From contig JBDROZ010000088.1 of the NCBI GenBank assembly GCA_043809585.1, positions 1-64,000 on the forward strand: a stretch of DNA of 64,000 nt. The letters are read 5' to 3'. The position numbers were made by a program, and so were the translations under genes. Source of the DNA: Candidatus Eiseniibacteriota bacterium (GTDB lineage Bacteria; Orphanbacterota; Orphanbacteria; Orphanbacterales; Orphanbacteraceae). Positions 49,446 to 59,941 of this stretch are shown here, piece after piece. The notes under the pieces were generated by a model. It worked only from the letters and a program-made list of their open reading frames with translations. It did no database searches and had not been told where the DNA came from. Position 1 is the first letter of the stretch; each line of letters begins with the position of its first letter.

Positions 49446-51896
49446 ATGCGTCTTCACCATTCCCGTGTTGTCTCGACGGTTCTTTCGTTCATATTCACAA
49501 TTCTTTGCGTTCTGGTGATTCCGGTGGCATCCTCCGCAGCGACCTACACCGTAACGACCCTCTTCTACACCGGGCCCGGGTCGATCGATCAGGCGATCAT
49601 CGACGCCAACGCCAACCCGGGGGCGGACCAGATCACGTTTTCGGTCAGCGGATCCATCTCCCTTTCGAGCGACCTGACGCCCCTCACCGACGACAGCACT
49701 TCGATTCTGGGTGACACGGCTCCCACCGGAATCGAGCTTCACGGATCGGGAGCGACTGCGGGGCTTCGTCTCGACGGCGCTTCGTATTGCGTCATCCAGG
49801 GGATGACCATCGAGGCGCTGACGGTCGGGATCGACATGTACAACGGGGCCAAGCACAACCAGATCGGTCAGCCGGGACCGGGCGGGCCCGGCAACGACAT
49901 CCGGGACAACACCATCGGCGTCCGGCTTCGGGCGCCCGGAACCGACTCGAACTTCGTGATGAACAACGAGATCCACGGCAATCCCGGCCCCGGCGTCGTC
50001 TTCCGAAACGGGCCGAGGCACAACCAGATCGGCGGGCTGCTCACGGCGGACCACCAGGGAAATCGCATCTACAACAACCAGGTGGGCATCACGATGTACG
50101 GGGCGAACCCGACTCCGGTCGAAGAAAACTACATTCTCGGAAACAAGATCGGAACGGACGGGAGCGGGACGACGCCCCTCGGCAACGACTATGATGGAAT
50201 CATCCTCTGGAAGGAAGCCTGTCTCCTTAATCAGATCATCGGGAACATCATCGTCGACAACGGGCGCTATGGCGTATGGATCGATTCGAGCGCCCACCAC
50301 AACACACTGGAAGGCAACTTCATCGGCGTGGACCGGACCGGTCTGGCCCCCCTCGGGAACGCGAACCACGGCGTCTGCCTTGCGATGACGGCCCCGTCCA
50401 ATGTCGTCGGACCGAGCAACGTGATCAGCGGAAACGGCGGTGACGGCGTGTACGTCCAGACGCCTCAGTCGAGCGGGAATCAAATATTCGGAAACGTGAT
50501 CGGGTTGAATCTCCCCGGTGATTCGGCGATCGGAAACACCGGGAACGGCGTACGAGTACAGGACGGAACCATGAACACCCGTATCTGGGAAAACGTCATT
50601 TCGGGCAATGGGCTCGACGGAGTCGAATTCTCCGGCAACGACCCCCAGTACAACACGGTCCGCGAGAACAAGATCGGCACCGATGCGAACGGCGCCTATG
50701 ATATCGGAAACGGCTACAACGGCGTTCACCTCGACCATACCACCTCGCTCGACTCCGTGGTCGCGAACCTCATCTCGGGTAACGGCGGATACGGCGTGGC
50801 GATCGAGAGCCTGGAAGCCACGGATCATCACATTTCAGGAAACTACATCGGAACCGACGAGACGGGGACATACGCCATTCCGAATGATCTCAGCGGTATC
50901 CTCCTCGCGACCTCCCGAAACCTGATCGGCGGCCTGGCCGAGGGGGACGGAAATCTCATTTCGGGCAACACCGGATGGGGCATTGAGATGACCTGCGAAG
51001 CAGCCGGGTTCTTTCAGAGGTACAACAAGGTTTACGGAAACGTCATCGGTATGAGCGCCTCGGGAAATGCGCTCGGGAACGGCCTTGGCGGCATCGTGAT
51101 CGGGGACGAGTTCGTCGACAACCTCGTTGGTGACTATCCGACCGTGACCGGTGCGAAGAACGTGATCATGCGGAACAACGGGCCCGGTGTCCGGGTCGGA
51201 GAGTTCGGGGCGAGCGGAACCCCCATCGAAAACAAGATCCTCACGAACCGGATCACCTTGAATTCGGGTGAAGGCATCCGCCTAGTGTTCGGCGGAAACG
51301 ACCTGATCTACCCGCCAATCATCACAAACGTCACGGGCACGGACGTGTCAGGAACGACGAATCTGAGCGGTCTTCCGGAGACACTGGTTCAGATCTTCTA
51401 CGGACCGGACGACGAAGGGGCCAACTACGTGGGTGAAGTGCTCGTTCCGGCCGGCACCGCGAACTGGAGCCTCTCGACCAGCGCGATTCCCCTCGGCGCC
51501 CATGTGACCGCGACGAATACGTCCATTTGGCCCGGGCGCCCTTCGCCGCAAACTTCCCCCTTCTCGGAGGCCTATCTCTACGAAGACACGGGGGTCGAAC
51601 AGGGAGAGGGTCTACCGAAGGTGTTCGAGCTCCGTCGCACGGGATCCAACCCGGTCCGAGACGGGGCCCGCTTCTCGTTCGCTGCGCCGGTTCCGACCCG
51701 TCTTTCGGTCGAGGTCTTCGGCATGAACGGGCGGCTTATCCGGTCGTTGACTCAGGGCGAGATTCCTGCCGGGCTTAACGATATCCGGTGGGACGGCCGG
51801 GACGAAGCGGGCCGGCCGTCACCGAGCGGCATCTACTTCCTGAGGGCCGAGTTTGGTGAAGGGGTGATCACCAAGAGGATCACCGTGATACGTTAG
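49446..51896 (+). CDS. Secreted parallel beta-helix repeat protein with FlgD-Ig tail
   Basis: Signal peptide after GGAGG RBS; many GNxIG/NVISGN repeats; WDGRDEAG...SGIYF tail. Confidence 0.88.
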   Translation: MRLHHSRVVSTVLSFIFTILCVLVIPVASSAATYTVTTLFYTGPGSIDQAIIDANANPGADQITFSVSGSISLSSDLTPLTDDSTSILGDTAPTGIELHGSGATAGLRLDGASYCVIQGMTIEALTVGIDMYNGAKHNQIGQPGPGGPGNDIRDNTIGVRLRAPGTDSNFVMNNEIHGNPGPGVVFRNGPRHNQIGGLLTADHQGNRIYNNQVGITMYGANPTPVEENYILGNKIGTDGSGTTPLGNDYDGIILWKEACLLNQIIGNIIVDNGRYGVWIDSSAHHNTLEGNFIGVDRTGLAPLGNANHGVCLAMTAPSNVVGPSNVISGNGGDGVYVQTPQSSGNQIFGNVIGLNLPGDSAIGNTGNGVRVQDGTMNTRIWENVISGNGLDGVEFSGNDPQYNTVRENKIGTDANGAYDIGNGYNGVHLDHTTSLDSVVANLISGNGGYGVAIESLEATDHHISGNYIGTDETGTYAIPNDLSGILLATSRNLIGGLAEGDGNLISGNTGWGIEMTCEAAGFFQRYNKVYGNVIGMSASGNALGNGLGGIVIGDEFVDNLVGDYPTVTGAKNVIMRNNGPGVRVGEFGASGTPIENKILTNRITLNSGEGIRLVFGGNDLIYPPIITNVTGTDVSGTTNLSGLPETLVQIFYGPDDEGANYVGEVLVPAGTANWSLSTSAIPLGAHVTATNTSIWPGRPSPQTSPFSEAYLYEDTGVEQGEGLPKVFELRRTGSNPVRDGARFSFAAPVPTRLSVEVFGMNGRLIRSLTQGEIPAGLNDIRWDGRDEAGRPSPSGIYFLRAEFGEGVITKRITVIR

Positions 51897-52175
51897 AGAA
51901 GGTTCGATCAACGACGTCCGATTCCGGCGCGCATGGGTCGAAAGGCGCCCGTCCGGCTCGAAGACCGAGGCATCCCTGTGATTTTCGATGGGAGCGATGC
52001 CTCCGGTTCGAGGGTAGGACCGGGCGCCCCTCCCTCCCCCCCTTGAACGGGCCCCTCCCTTTGGGATACAATCCCCCCACTATCGGACGGGTCGTAAGCC
52101 TCCGCAATTTCATAGCCTTGTCGGCCGCGCCGTCTCGAGTACCCCCGCGGGCCCGAACGAGGGAGGAGACCGCTC

Positions 52176-55100
52176 GTGAATGCCAGGATGTCCGCGAAGG
52201 AGACCGCCGTCGTCGGTCCGGGAACGACAGTGCTCGTGCTCACCCTCTTCGTACTCTCCGGCGCCGCGGGGCTCGTCTACGAAATCATCTGGACCCGGAT
52301 GCTCACCCTCGTCTTCGGAAACACGGTCTACGCCGCGAGCACGGTGATCGCCTCCTTCATGGGGGGCCTCGCCATCGGCAGCTATATCTTCGGGAGGCTC
52401 GCCGATCGGCGGCGCGACACGCTCCGCATCTACGGAATGCTCGAGTTCGGCGTCGGTATCTTCGCCCTCTTCGTGCCGACGATCTTCACGGGTCTGAACG
52501 GCGTCTACGGCCACCTCTTCCGCTCTTTCGGCGAGCAGACGGCCCCCTTCTTCATCGCCCGATTCGTACTCTCCTTCACGATCCTCCTCGCCCCGACCAT
52601 TCTGATGGGCGCGACCCTCCCCGTGCTCACGCGGTTCTTCGTGGTCCGGCGGGCCCGCCTCGGGCGCCAGGTGGCGAACCTGTACGCGCTGAACACGCTC
52701 GGGGCGACGGCCGGCTGCTTCCTGGCGGGGTTCTTCATGATCGAGCGCCTCGGCGTTTCCAGGAGCAACTACGCCGCCGCCGCCGTCAGCCTGATCGTGG
52801 CGACCCTCATCGTGATCACCGCCCATCGGCTCGGACCGGGCGCCGCGGGGACGGTCCCGGAGAAGACGCAGGCCAAAGAGAAGAAGAAGGATTCCGAGGG
52901 GCGTTACTCCGACGGCGTCCGCCGGCTCATCCTGATCGGCATCGCCTTCGTCGGGTTCTCCTCCCTCGGCTACGAAGTGCTCTGGACGCGTGTCATCATC
53001 TACGTGACGAGCGCGAGCATCGAGGCCTTCACGGTGGTGCTCACCACCTACCTCGCCGGGATCGCCCTCGGCAGCCTTCTCGTCGCGCGGTGGGTCGACC
53101 GCTGGAAGAGACCCCTCGCCGTGTTCGGTGCCATCGAGATCGCCGTCGGCCTCGCCGCGATCGCCTCGATCCCTCTCCTCGCCGACCTGTACCGGGTCTC
53201 CGCCTTCGTCTCCCAGCTGCATATCCCCGGATTCTGGGGATGGACGGCGGTGCGGTTCCTCTTCACCGCCATCGTGATCGCCCTGCCCACCCTTCTCATG
53301 GGGGCCGCCTTTCCGGTCGCGACGCACGCCTTCATCCGCACCATGGGCGGCGTGGGCCGTGGCGTCGGGAGCCTCTACGCCATGAACACCGTGGGGGCCG
53401 TGGCCGGCTCCCTCGCCGCGGGATTTCTCATCCTCCCGGCCCTCGGGGCGCAGAACGGCCTGATGGTCCTCGCCCTTCTCAACATGATCGTCGGCGTGAT
53501 CCTCTGGTCCTCCGAGAAGGGGCGCCGGATCGCGGGCATGGCGGGGGGGGCGGCGGTCGCCGCGGCGGGCTTCCTGATCGGCCTCTTCTTCATTCCGCCT
53601 CACGCCTTCCACCGCCTCTTCAACCAATCCCGGGCGGCTTCGAAGATGATCTACTGCAGCGAGGACGCGACGGCCACGGTCACGGTCCACCAGTTCCCGC
53701 CGGGGTACAACTTCGAGGAGGACCTCCGGGTCATCTGCACGAACGGCGTGGACGTGGCGGGCACGGACTACATGCTCCGCACCACCCAGCTCGTGCAGGG
53801 GCACCTGCCCCTGCTGGTCCAGAGGCCGGGAGCCCGGGCGATGCAGGTCGGTTTCGGGAGCGGCGAGACGGCGCGGGTCATCCTCCTGGAAGGGGCGGAG
53901 CACCTCGACGTGATCGAGATCTGCGACGGGCTCGTGGCGGCGGCCCCCCTCTTCGCCGACATCAACCGGCTCGCCTACCAGGGCCCGAAGGCGCGGGTCA
54001 TCATCATGGACGCGAAGAACTACGCGCGGCTCACCGGCGAGAAGTACGACCTCATCATGAACGACTCGATCCACCCGCGGGTGAGCGGCAACGCCAGCCT
54101 CTACACGGTCGACTACTTCGCCGACTGCCGGGCGAGCCTGGCGCCGGGGGGCTACATGTCGAGCTGGTTCCCCGTTTACGGGATGCGGCCGGAGGAACTG
54201 AAGATGATCCTCCGCTCCTTCCAAACCGTCTTCCCCCACGCCACCCTCTGGATGGCCCACAACACGGTCAACCGCCACGCCCTCCTCCTCGCGCCCCTCG
54301 AGGACGGGCCGGTCCGGATCGACTACGGGGACTTCCACCGCCGATTCACGCGCCCCGAGATCCTCGAGGATCTCGCGCCGATCGACATGGACGATCCCGT
54401 CTTCTTCATCAGCAGCCTCGTGATGGACGAAGACGCCCTCCGCGAGTACAGCCAGGGGGCGGATCTGAACACCGACGACCATCCCCGGCTCGAATACCGG
54501 GTGCCGAAGCACCTCGAGAACGACGAACTCGCGTGGGCGAACATCCTCGAGTCGCTCCTCCCCTACCGCTCGGACGTACGCACCCTCCTGACCGGCCTCC
54601 CCGAGGACCCGGAGGAGCGGCGGGAGCTCGTGGATCTCCTCGGGCGCTACTACGAGGGGAACGGGTACGTGCTCCGGGGGATGGTGAAGGGGCTCCGCGG
54701 GGACAAGGATGCGCTCGGCGAGTTCGACAAGGCCGAGGAGGTTTGCCCCGAGCATCAGGCGGTCCGGATCGCCCGGGAGCGCCGGGAAGAGCAGCTGTCG
54801 GTCCGGATCGTGGAGGCGATCTCCCGGCCCGGCGACGCGGACGCCGTCGCGCGGCTCAGCGACGCCTACTGGCGGGCCGGCCGCATCGAGGAGGCGGCGA
54901 GGGAGATCGAGCGGGCCTCACGGATGGCGCCCGACAACCCGGCGTACGCGAGGCGGCTCGGTGAACTCCGGACGAGCCTCGGCAACCACCGGGGGGCCCT
55001 CGAAGCGTACAACCGCGCCCTCGAGCTCGCGCCGGAGAACCCGGTGATTCTGGTCGGCATGGCCGTTTCTTACGAGGCCGTCGGCCAGTGGGAGGACGCG

Positions 55101-55598
55101 GCCCGCTGTTACCGGGAGGCCACCTCCCGGGGGGGCGACCGGCGGAGCGATCTCCAGATCAGCCTGGCCCTCGCCGAGATGCGCCTCGGCCGGGTCGACA
55201 AGGCGGCGGAGGCGTACGGCCGGGCCCTCGAGCTCGCGCCCCACTCCATCGTCGCCCTGAACCATCTCGCGCTCCTCGAGTCGGAGCGGGGGAACCGGGA
55301 CGAGGCGATAGCGCTCCTCCGGCGGGCGATGCAGGCCAACCCGCGACATCCCGACGCCTGGAACTCCCTCGCCTGGATGTACGCCGAGGAGGGGACGAAT
55401 CTGGACGAGGCGCTCCGGCTCGCGGAGCGGGCGGTCGAGCTGGCGCCCACCGCGAACGCCTACGACACCCTCGCCTGGGTGCGCTTCAAGAAGGGTGAGC
55501 GGGCCGAGGCGCGCGCCGCCGCGCGCCGCGCGCTCGAGCTCGATCCCGGGAAGGAGTCCTCCCGGGATCTCCTCGGGCGGATCGAAGAAGGCCGCTAG
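52176..55598 (+). CDS. Fused MFS-like membrane domain/spermidine synthase-like methyltransferase with C-terminal TPRs
   Basis: LSGAAGLVYE, LYALNTLG, VGFGSGET, MDAKNY, YDLIMND, NTDDHPRLEY motifs; TPR repeats. Confidence 0.9.
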   Translation: MNARMSAKETAVVGPGTTVLVLTLFVLSGAAGLVYEIIWTRMLTLVFGNTVYAASTVIASFMGGLAIGSYIFGRLADRRRDTLRIYGMLEFGVGIFALFVPTIFTGLNGVYGHLFRSFGEQTAPFFIARFVLSFTILLAPTILMGATLPVLTRFFVVRRARLGRQVANLYALNTLGATAGCFLAGFFMIERLGVSRSNYAAAAVSLIVATLIVITAHRLGPGAAGTVPEKTQAKEKKKDSEGRYSDGVRRLILIGIAFVGFSSLGYEVLWTRVIIYVTSASIEAFTVVLTTYLAGIALGSLLVARWVDRWKRPLAVFGAIEIAVGLAAIASIPLLADLYRVSAFVSQLHIPGFWGWTAVRFLFTAIVIALPTLLMGAAFPVATHAFIRTMGGVGRGVGSLYAMNTVGAVAGSLAAGFLILPALGAQNGLMVLALLNMIVGVILWSSEKGRRIAGMAGGAAVAAAGFLIGLFFIPPHAFHRLFNQSRAASKMIYCSEDATATVTVHQFPPGYNFEEDLRVICTNGVDVAGTDYMLRTTQLVQGHLPLLVQRPGARAMQVGFGSGETARVILLEGAEHLDVIEICDGLVAAAPLFADINRLAYQGPKARVIIMDAKNYARLTGEKYDLIMNDSIHPRVSGNASLYTVDYFADCRASLAPGGYMSSWFPVYGMRPEELKMILRSFQTVFPHATLWMAHNTVNRHALLLAPLEDGPVRIDYGDFHRRFTRPEILEDLAPIDMDDPVFFISSLVMDEDALREYSQGADLNTDDHPRLEYRVPKHLENDELAWANILESLLPYRSDVRTLLTGLPEDPEERRELVDLLGRYYEGNGYVLRGMVKGLRGDKDALGEFDKAEEVCPEHQAVRIARERREEQLSVRIVEAISRPGDADAVARLSDAYWRAGRIEEAAREIERASRMAPDNPAYARRLGELRTSLGNHRGALEAYNRALELAPENPVILVGMAVSYEAVGQWEDAARCYREATSRGGDRRSDLQISLALAEMRLGRVDKAAEAYGRALELAPHSIVALNHLALLESERGNRDEAIALLRRAMQANPRHPDAWNSLAWMYAEEGTNLDEALRLAERAVELAPTANAYDTLAWVRFKKGERAEARAAARRALELDPGKESSRDLLGRIEEGR

Positions 55599-55628
55599 AA
55601 GACAAAAAAAGGGAGACGGTCTGCCGCG

Positions 55629-57050
55629 ATGAAAACGGACCGCGTCCTCCTCCTGGCCTTCTTGCTCGCCCTCGCGGTACGCATCGCCGTGATCGACCGG
55701 CCGATCTGGTACGACGAATCCTGCACTTACTGGGAGGCCCGGCCGGAAGAGAAGATCCCGGCCCTCACGAGCATTACCCCGATCCCGTCGTACATCGTGA
55801 AGTCCCTCGCCGGGCGTTTCGACGAGCCGTGGATGCTCCGGCTCCCCTTCCTCGCCGTCGGTCTCGCGTCCATCCTCGTCTTCGCCCGGGCGGTCCGGGA
55901 GTGGCACGGAAGGGAAGCGGCGGGATGGACGGCGATTCTCCTCGCCCTCTCCCCCTTCCACGTCTGGTACACCACCGAGGCGCGCATGTACGGGGCCCTC
56001 CTCCTCGCGGCGGCGATGATGTACCTCTATCTCGGCCGGGCGATCCGGGGGACCGGCCGCGGGGCCTGGATCGGCTACGGCGCGGGGGCGCTGATCGGCG
56101 TCTATCATCATCCGTTCACGTGGCTCCTCGTCGGCACCCACGGACTCTATCTGCTGATCGAGAGGCGCGGGATGTTCCGTCCCCTCGTCGTCACCGCGAT
56201 CGTCGTCGCGGCGGCGACGGCGCCGGCCACATGGTACGTCCTCGTGGTTCACCGCCTCTCGTCGGACCGGATCGGGTGGATCGAGAGCCGGCCGGCGATG
56301 GCCGTCGCGGGGACATTCTACAGTTTCGTAATGGGGCTCCTCTTCCTCCCGAAGCTCTGGTGGTGGGCCCTCACGGGCTTCGCCGCCCTTCTCTTCGGCG
56401 CCCTGACGGTCCGGGGCGCGATCGCGAAACGCCGCGAAGCACTGCCCGTTTCCATGGCGCTCGTCGTCCCCCTCTTCCTCGTGATCGCCGGTTCGTTCGT
56501 CCGCGACATCTACAGCGATCAGACGACGCGCTACCTCGCCTTCTCGGAGCCCTTCCTGATCCTCCTCGCCGCCCTCGGACTCGGGACCATCCGGTCTCGG
56601 GGAATGAGGGCCGCCGCGGGCGCGGGCGTGGTTCTCGTTCTTCTCCTCGCCCTCTCGCCCATCCACTTTCTCTGGGACGAAGTCGGCACCGGACGCTTCG
56701 AAGAGGCCGCCGAGGAGATCCGAACCCGGATCCTCCCGGGGGACGTCATCATCAGCCCGAGCCTCGTCGGCCTGCCCGTCGCCTACCAGCTTCGGGGCGG
56801 ACTCCACCGGGAGATGCGCATCGGACACAGCCGGGAGGTCATGGCGGAGTCCCACGATTCCCCCCGGATCTGGCTGCTCGGCATGAACCACCGCTCCACC
56901 CGGCAGTTCCTCTGGTCGCCGGAAAACATCGACCTTCCCGCGTCGCCCGCGCCCGAGGGGTACCGGCTCGTGGATCACCAAGTCTTTCCGGGACGGAAGC
57001 CGATCTCGCTCACGCTGTACGAGAGGGCGGGGGGAAGTGGTCGAAGGTAA
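55629..57050 (+). CDS. GT-C fold glycosyltransferase (GT39/ArnT/PMT_2-like)
   Basis: IWYDE, LRLP, LSPFHVWYTTEARMY, RY motifs; multiple TM helices. Confidence 0.85.
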   Translation: MKTDRVLLLAFLLALAVRIAVIDRPIWYDESCTYWEARPEEKIPALTSITPIPSYIVKSLAGRFDEPWMLRLPFLAVGLASILVFARAVREWHGREAAGWTAILLALSPFHVWYTTEARMYGALLLAAAMMYLYLGRAIRGTGRGAWIGYGAGALIGVYHHPFTWLLVGTHGLYLLIERRGMFRPLVVTAIVVAAATAPATWYVLVVHRLSSDRIGWIESRPAMAVAGTFYSFVMGLLFLPKLWWWALTGFAALLFGALTVRGAIAKRREALPVSMALVVPLFLVIAGSFVRDIYSDQTTRYLAFSEPFLILLAALGLGTIRSRGMRAAAGAGVVLVLLLALSPIHFLWDEVGTGRFEEAAEEIRTRILPGDVIISPSLVGLPVAYQLRGGLHREMRIGHSREVMAESHDSPRIWLLGMNHRSTRQFLWSPENIDLPASPAPEGYRLVDHQVFPGRKPISLTLYERAGGSGRR

Positions 57051-57091
57051 ACGCTGCAGGGGAAACCGGTCTTGTCGCCAACAGTTTTGGA

Positions 57092-57130
57092 TTGACATTA
57101 ATCGATAAATGGAGCGTAATATCTATTTAT
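57092..57130 (+). promoter_or_regulatory. Sigma70 promoter with overlapping inverted-repeat operator
   Basis: TTGACA (57092-57097)-N17-CGTAAT; inverted repeat ATAAATGGA-N8-TCTATTTAT (57105-57130) covers the -10 and the start codon. Confidence 0.65.
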
Positions 57131-57572
57131 GATCTCCCGAAGTGCTTCCTACGCGATCCGGGCCATGGCCTTCATCGCTTCGGCCGAGCCCGAAACCCGT
57201 CTCCTCTCCCGGGATATCGCCGCGGTTCTGGAGCTCCCGCCCCAGTTCCTTTCGAAAATCTTGCGGACCCTCGTCGGGAGAGGGCTGCTGCAGAGTCGAC
57301 CCGGCAAGTCCGGAGGGTTCCGACTCGCCCGACCGGCGGACACCATCGTGTTGATCGAGATCGTCGATCCCTTCGACCGGCTGATCGATCGAAGGCGCTG
57401 TCTCCTCGGACTGCCGCGGTGCTCCGAGGAGTCCGGTTGCCCCCTTCACGGCGAGTGGAGACCCTTCGTCGACTCATTCATCGAGGTACTCACCCGATGG
57501 AAGCTCACCGACATGGCGACCGCGACGGCAACTACCGGCGGGCCGGTCTGGCGGGGAGGGGCCACGACGTGA
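57129..57572 (+). CDS. Rrf2-family transcriptional regulator with Fe-S-type Cys motif
   Basis: YAIRAM, FLSKIL, SRPGKSGGFRLAR, CLLGLPRCSEESGCPLH. Confidence 0.92.
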   Translation: MISRSASYAIRAMAFIASAEPETRLLSRDIAAVLELPPQFLSKILRTLVGRGLLQSRPGKSGGFRLARPADTIVLIEIVDPFDRLIDRRRCLLGLPRCSEESGCPLHGEWRPFVDSFIEVLTRWKLTDMATATATTGGPVWRGGATT

Positions 57573-59476
57573 TCTTCCGGCCCGACGAAGTGGTCGTGCC
57601 CGACCGGTCGTACTGGAAGGACCAGATCCGGTGCCAGGCCGCCTGTCCCGTGCGCACCGACGCCCGCGGCTACGTGCGGGCCATCGCCGAAGGGGACGAC
57701 GAGCTCGCCTACCTCATCGCCCGGGGTCCGAACCCCCTCGCGTCGATCTGCGGCCGCATTTGCGGCGCCCCCTGTGAGGCGGCGTGCCGCCGGGGCGAGT
57801 TGGACCGGCCCATCGCGATCCGCGCGCTGAAGCGATTCGTGTGCGAGCGCTGCGGACCCGAGGCGCCCCGGACGGACGGAAGAGCCCTGATCGATTTCCT
57901 GAAGGAGGCGGCCCGCCGATACGGGCCCTTGCCCTGCGAAGACCGGGAAGAGCTGCTCCCCCTCCTGCAGTCCCTCCTCGAAGGGGAGATCGAGCCGGTG
58001 TCCGGCAAGAGCGTCGGCATCATCGGCGCGGGACCGGCGGGGCTCGCCGCCGGCCACGATCTGGCCCTCCTCGGATTCGAGGTGACCCTCTACGAAGCCG
58101 AGCCGGTGCTCGCGGGAATGCTCGCCGTCGGGGTGCCCGAGTACCGGCTCCCCCGCGACCTGATCCGCGCCGAAGTCGACGTCATTCTCGCGCTCGGCGT
58201 GCGCCCCGTGACCGGTTGCGAAGTGGGAAAGGACGTTTCCCTCCCGGAACTGCGGAAACGGCACGACGCCGTCATCATCGCCGTGGGGGCGAAGCGGTCC
58301 CGGACCCTCGATATTCCGGGGGCGGACGCCCGGGGGGTTCTCGGAGGCGTCGAGTTTCTCCGGGACATCGCCCTCGGGCACCCCCCGAAAATGGGAAGCC
58401 GCGTCGTCGTGATCGGGGGAGGGAACGTGGCCTACGACGTGGGCCGCACCGTGCTCCGCCAGATCTCGTACGATGCCGCGCGCACCGCCCTCCGGGAAGA
58501 GGGAGTCGCCGCCGTCCACCTCTGCTCCCTCGAATCCCTGGAGGAGATGCCCGCCGACGACCTGGAGATCGTCGAGGGAGACGAAGAGGGTATCGTGCGG
58601 CACAACAGCCTGGGCCCCCTGGAAATCCGGAAGGACGGCGAAGGCGGCGTCCGGGGCGTGGTCTTCCGTAAGTGCCTCCGGGTGTTCGACGAATCCGGGC
58701 GTTTCGCGCCCCTCTACGACGATTCCTCCCTCGAAGAGATCCCCTGCGACAGCGTGCTCCTGTCGATCGGCCAGGGTGTGGACCTCCGGTTCGTGGACGG
58801 CGCGCGGGATGGTCTCGAAGTGACGGGGCGGGGGTTCCTCGCCTGCGATCCGGAGACGGGGGAGACCAACGCCGGAGACGTCTTCGTCGCCGGCGATCTC
58901 GCCTACGGACCGAAGCTCCTCATCCACGCGGTCGCCTCGGGAAAGCGGGTCGCCCGGTCCGTCTACGAACGGATCACGGGGAAGCGCCTCGGCGCGGAGG
59001 GCGTGGAGCTGCACCTCGCCATCCCCGACTACCGGCGGGAACCGGACTACGAGAACCGGCGGCGCGCGGCGATTCCCGTTTCCCCCGTCGCGGAGCGGCT
59101 CCGCTCCCATGACGCGCCCGTCGAGAGAGGATACGGCCCGGAGCAGGCCCGCCGGGAAGCGTCCCGGTGCCTCGACTGCGGGGTCAACACGGTCTTCGAC
59201 GGCGACAAGTGCGTCCTCTGCGGGGGATGTGTCGACGTCTGCCCCGAACTCTGCCTCCGCATCGTCTCGGCCGATCGCCTCCCGGGAGCCGAGGGGGTCC
59301 TTCCCGGAGTCCTCGATGCGCAGCTGACGGGGACCCGTGCCGAAGAGGCATCGGCCATCATCAAGGACGAGACGATCTGCATCCGGTGCGGCCTGTGCGC
59401 GGAGCGCTGCCCCACCGGCGCGATCACGATGGAGCGATTCCAGTTCAAGGAGATCCCGAAATGCCGAGTCGATTAG
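57569..59476 (+). CDS. Cytoplasmic FAD/NAD(P)-dependent oxidoreductase with N- and C-terminal Fe-S clusters (GltD/NfnB-like)
   Basis: GTG 57569 overlaps the Rrf2 stop; CQAACP, CGRICGAPCEAAC, GAGPAG, GGGNVA, CVLCGGCVDVCP, CIRCGLCAERCP motifs; no signal peptide. Confidence 0.9.
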   Translation: MIFRPDEVVVPDRSYWKDQIRCQAACPVRTDARGYVRAIAEGDDELAYLIARGPNPLASICGRICGAPCEAACRRGELDRPIAIRALKRFVCERCGPEAPRTDGRALIDFLKEAARRYGPLPCEDREELLPLLQSLLEGEIEPVSGKSVGIIGAGPAGLAAGHDLALLGFEVTLYEAEPVLAGMLAVGVPEYRLPRDLIRAEVDVILALGVRPVTGCEVGKDVSLPELRKRHDAVIIAVGAKRSRTLDIPGADARGVLGGVEFLRDIALGHPPKMGSRVVVIGGGNVAYDVGRTVLRQISYDAARTALREEGVAAVHLCSLESLEEMPADDLEIVEGDEEGIVRHNSLGPLEIRKDGEGGVRGVVFRKCLRVFDESGRFAPLYDDSSLEEIPCDSVLLSIGQGVDLRFVDGARDGLEVTGRGFLACDPETGETNAGDVFVAGDLAYGPKLLIHAVASGKRVARSVYERITGKRLGAEGVELHLAIPDYRREPDYENRRRAAIPVSPVAERLRSHDAPVERGYGPEQARREASRCLDCGVNTVFDGDKCVLCGGCVDVCPELCLRIVSADRLPGAEGVLPGVLDAQLTGTRAEEASAIIKDETICIRCGLCAERCPTGAITMERFQFKEIPKCRVD

Positions 59477-59928
59477 AGCCCGAGCCTCTGCCGCGACGTG
59501 ACTTCCTCGGCCTCGCCGGTCTCTGGGCCGCCGGCGCGGCGATCGTCGGGTCCATCGCGGGCATGGCCCGGCTGCCCGTACCGCAGGTCCTGCCCGAGGC
59601 GGATCGCCGGTTTCGCATCGGCAAGCCGGGCGAGTTCCCGCCCGGCACGTCCCGGATCATCCCGGGGAGAAACGTCCGCGTGGTCTCGGAGGAGCGGGGT
59701 ATCGCCGCGGTTTCGCTGGTCTGCACGCACCTCGGCTGCATCGTGTCGGAGACGAGCGATGGCTACTCGTGTCCCTGCCACGGGTCGAAGTTCGGCCGCG
59801 GGGGCGAGGTGATCCAGGGGCCGGCCCCGAGACCTCTCCGGTGGCTCGAGATCAGCCGGGCCGCGGACGGGGCGTTGGTCGTCGACGGGGACCGGGAGGT
59901 CGATCCGTGGACCTTCTACCGGGCCTAG
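59461..59928 (+). CDS. Rieske [2Fe-2S] protein of a Rieske/cytochrome b complex
   Basis: Tat-type RRDFL plus TM helix; CTHLGC, CPCHGSKF, GPAPRPL. Confidence 0.93.
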   Translation: MPSRLEPEPLPRRDFLGLAGLWAAGAAIVGSIAGMARLPVPQVLPEADRRFRIGKPGEFPPGTSRIIPGRNVRVVSEERGIAAVSLVCTHLGCIVSETSDGYSCPCHGSKFGRGGEVIQGPAPRPLRWLEISRAADGALVVDGDREVDPWTFYRA

Positions 59929-59941
59929 AGGGGAGACCGTC

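Noticed and set aside
55829-59476. 1215-aa ORF as a giant fusion
   Set aside because: The N-terminal half is Arg/Pro-rich off-frame translation over the GT-C and Rrf2 genes; the real gene starts at GTG 57569.
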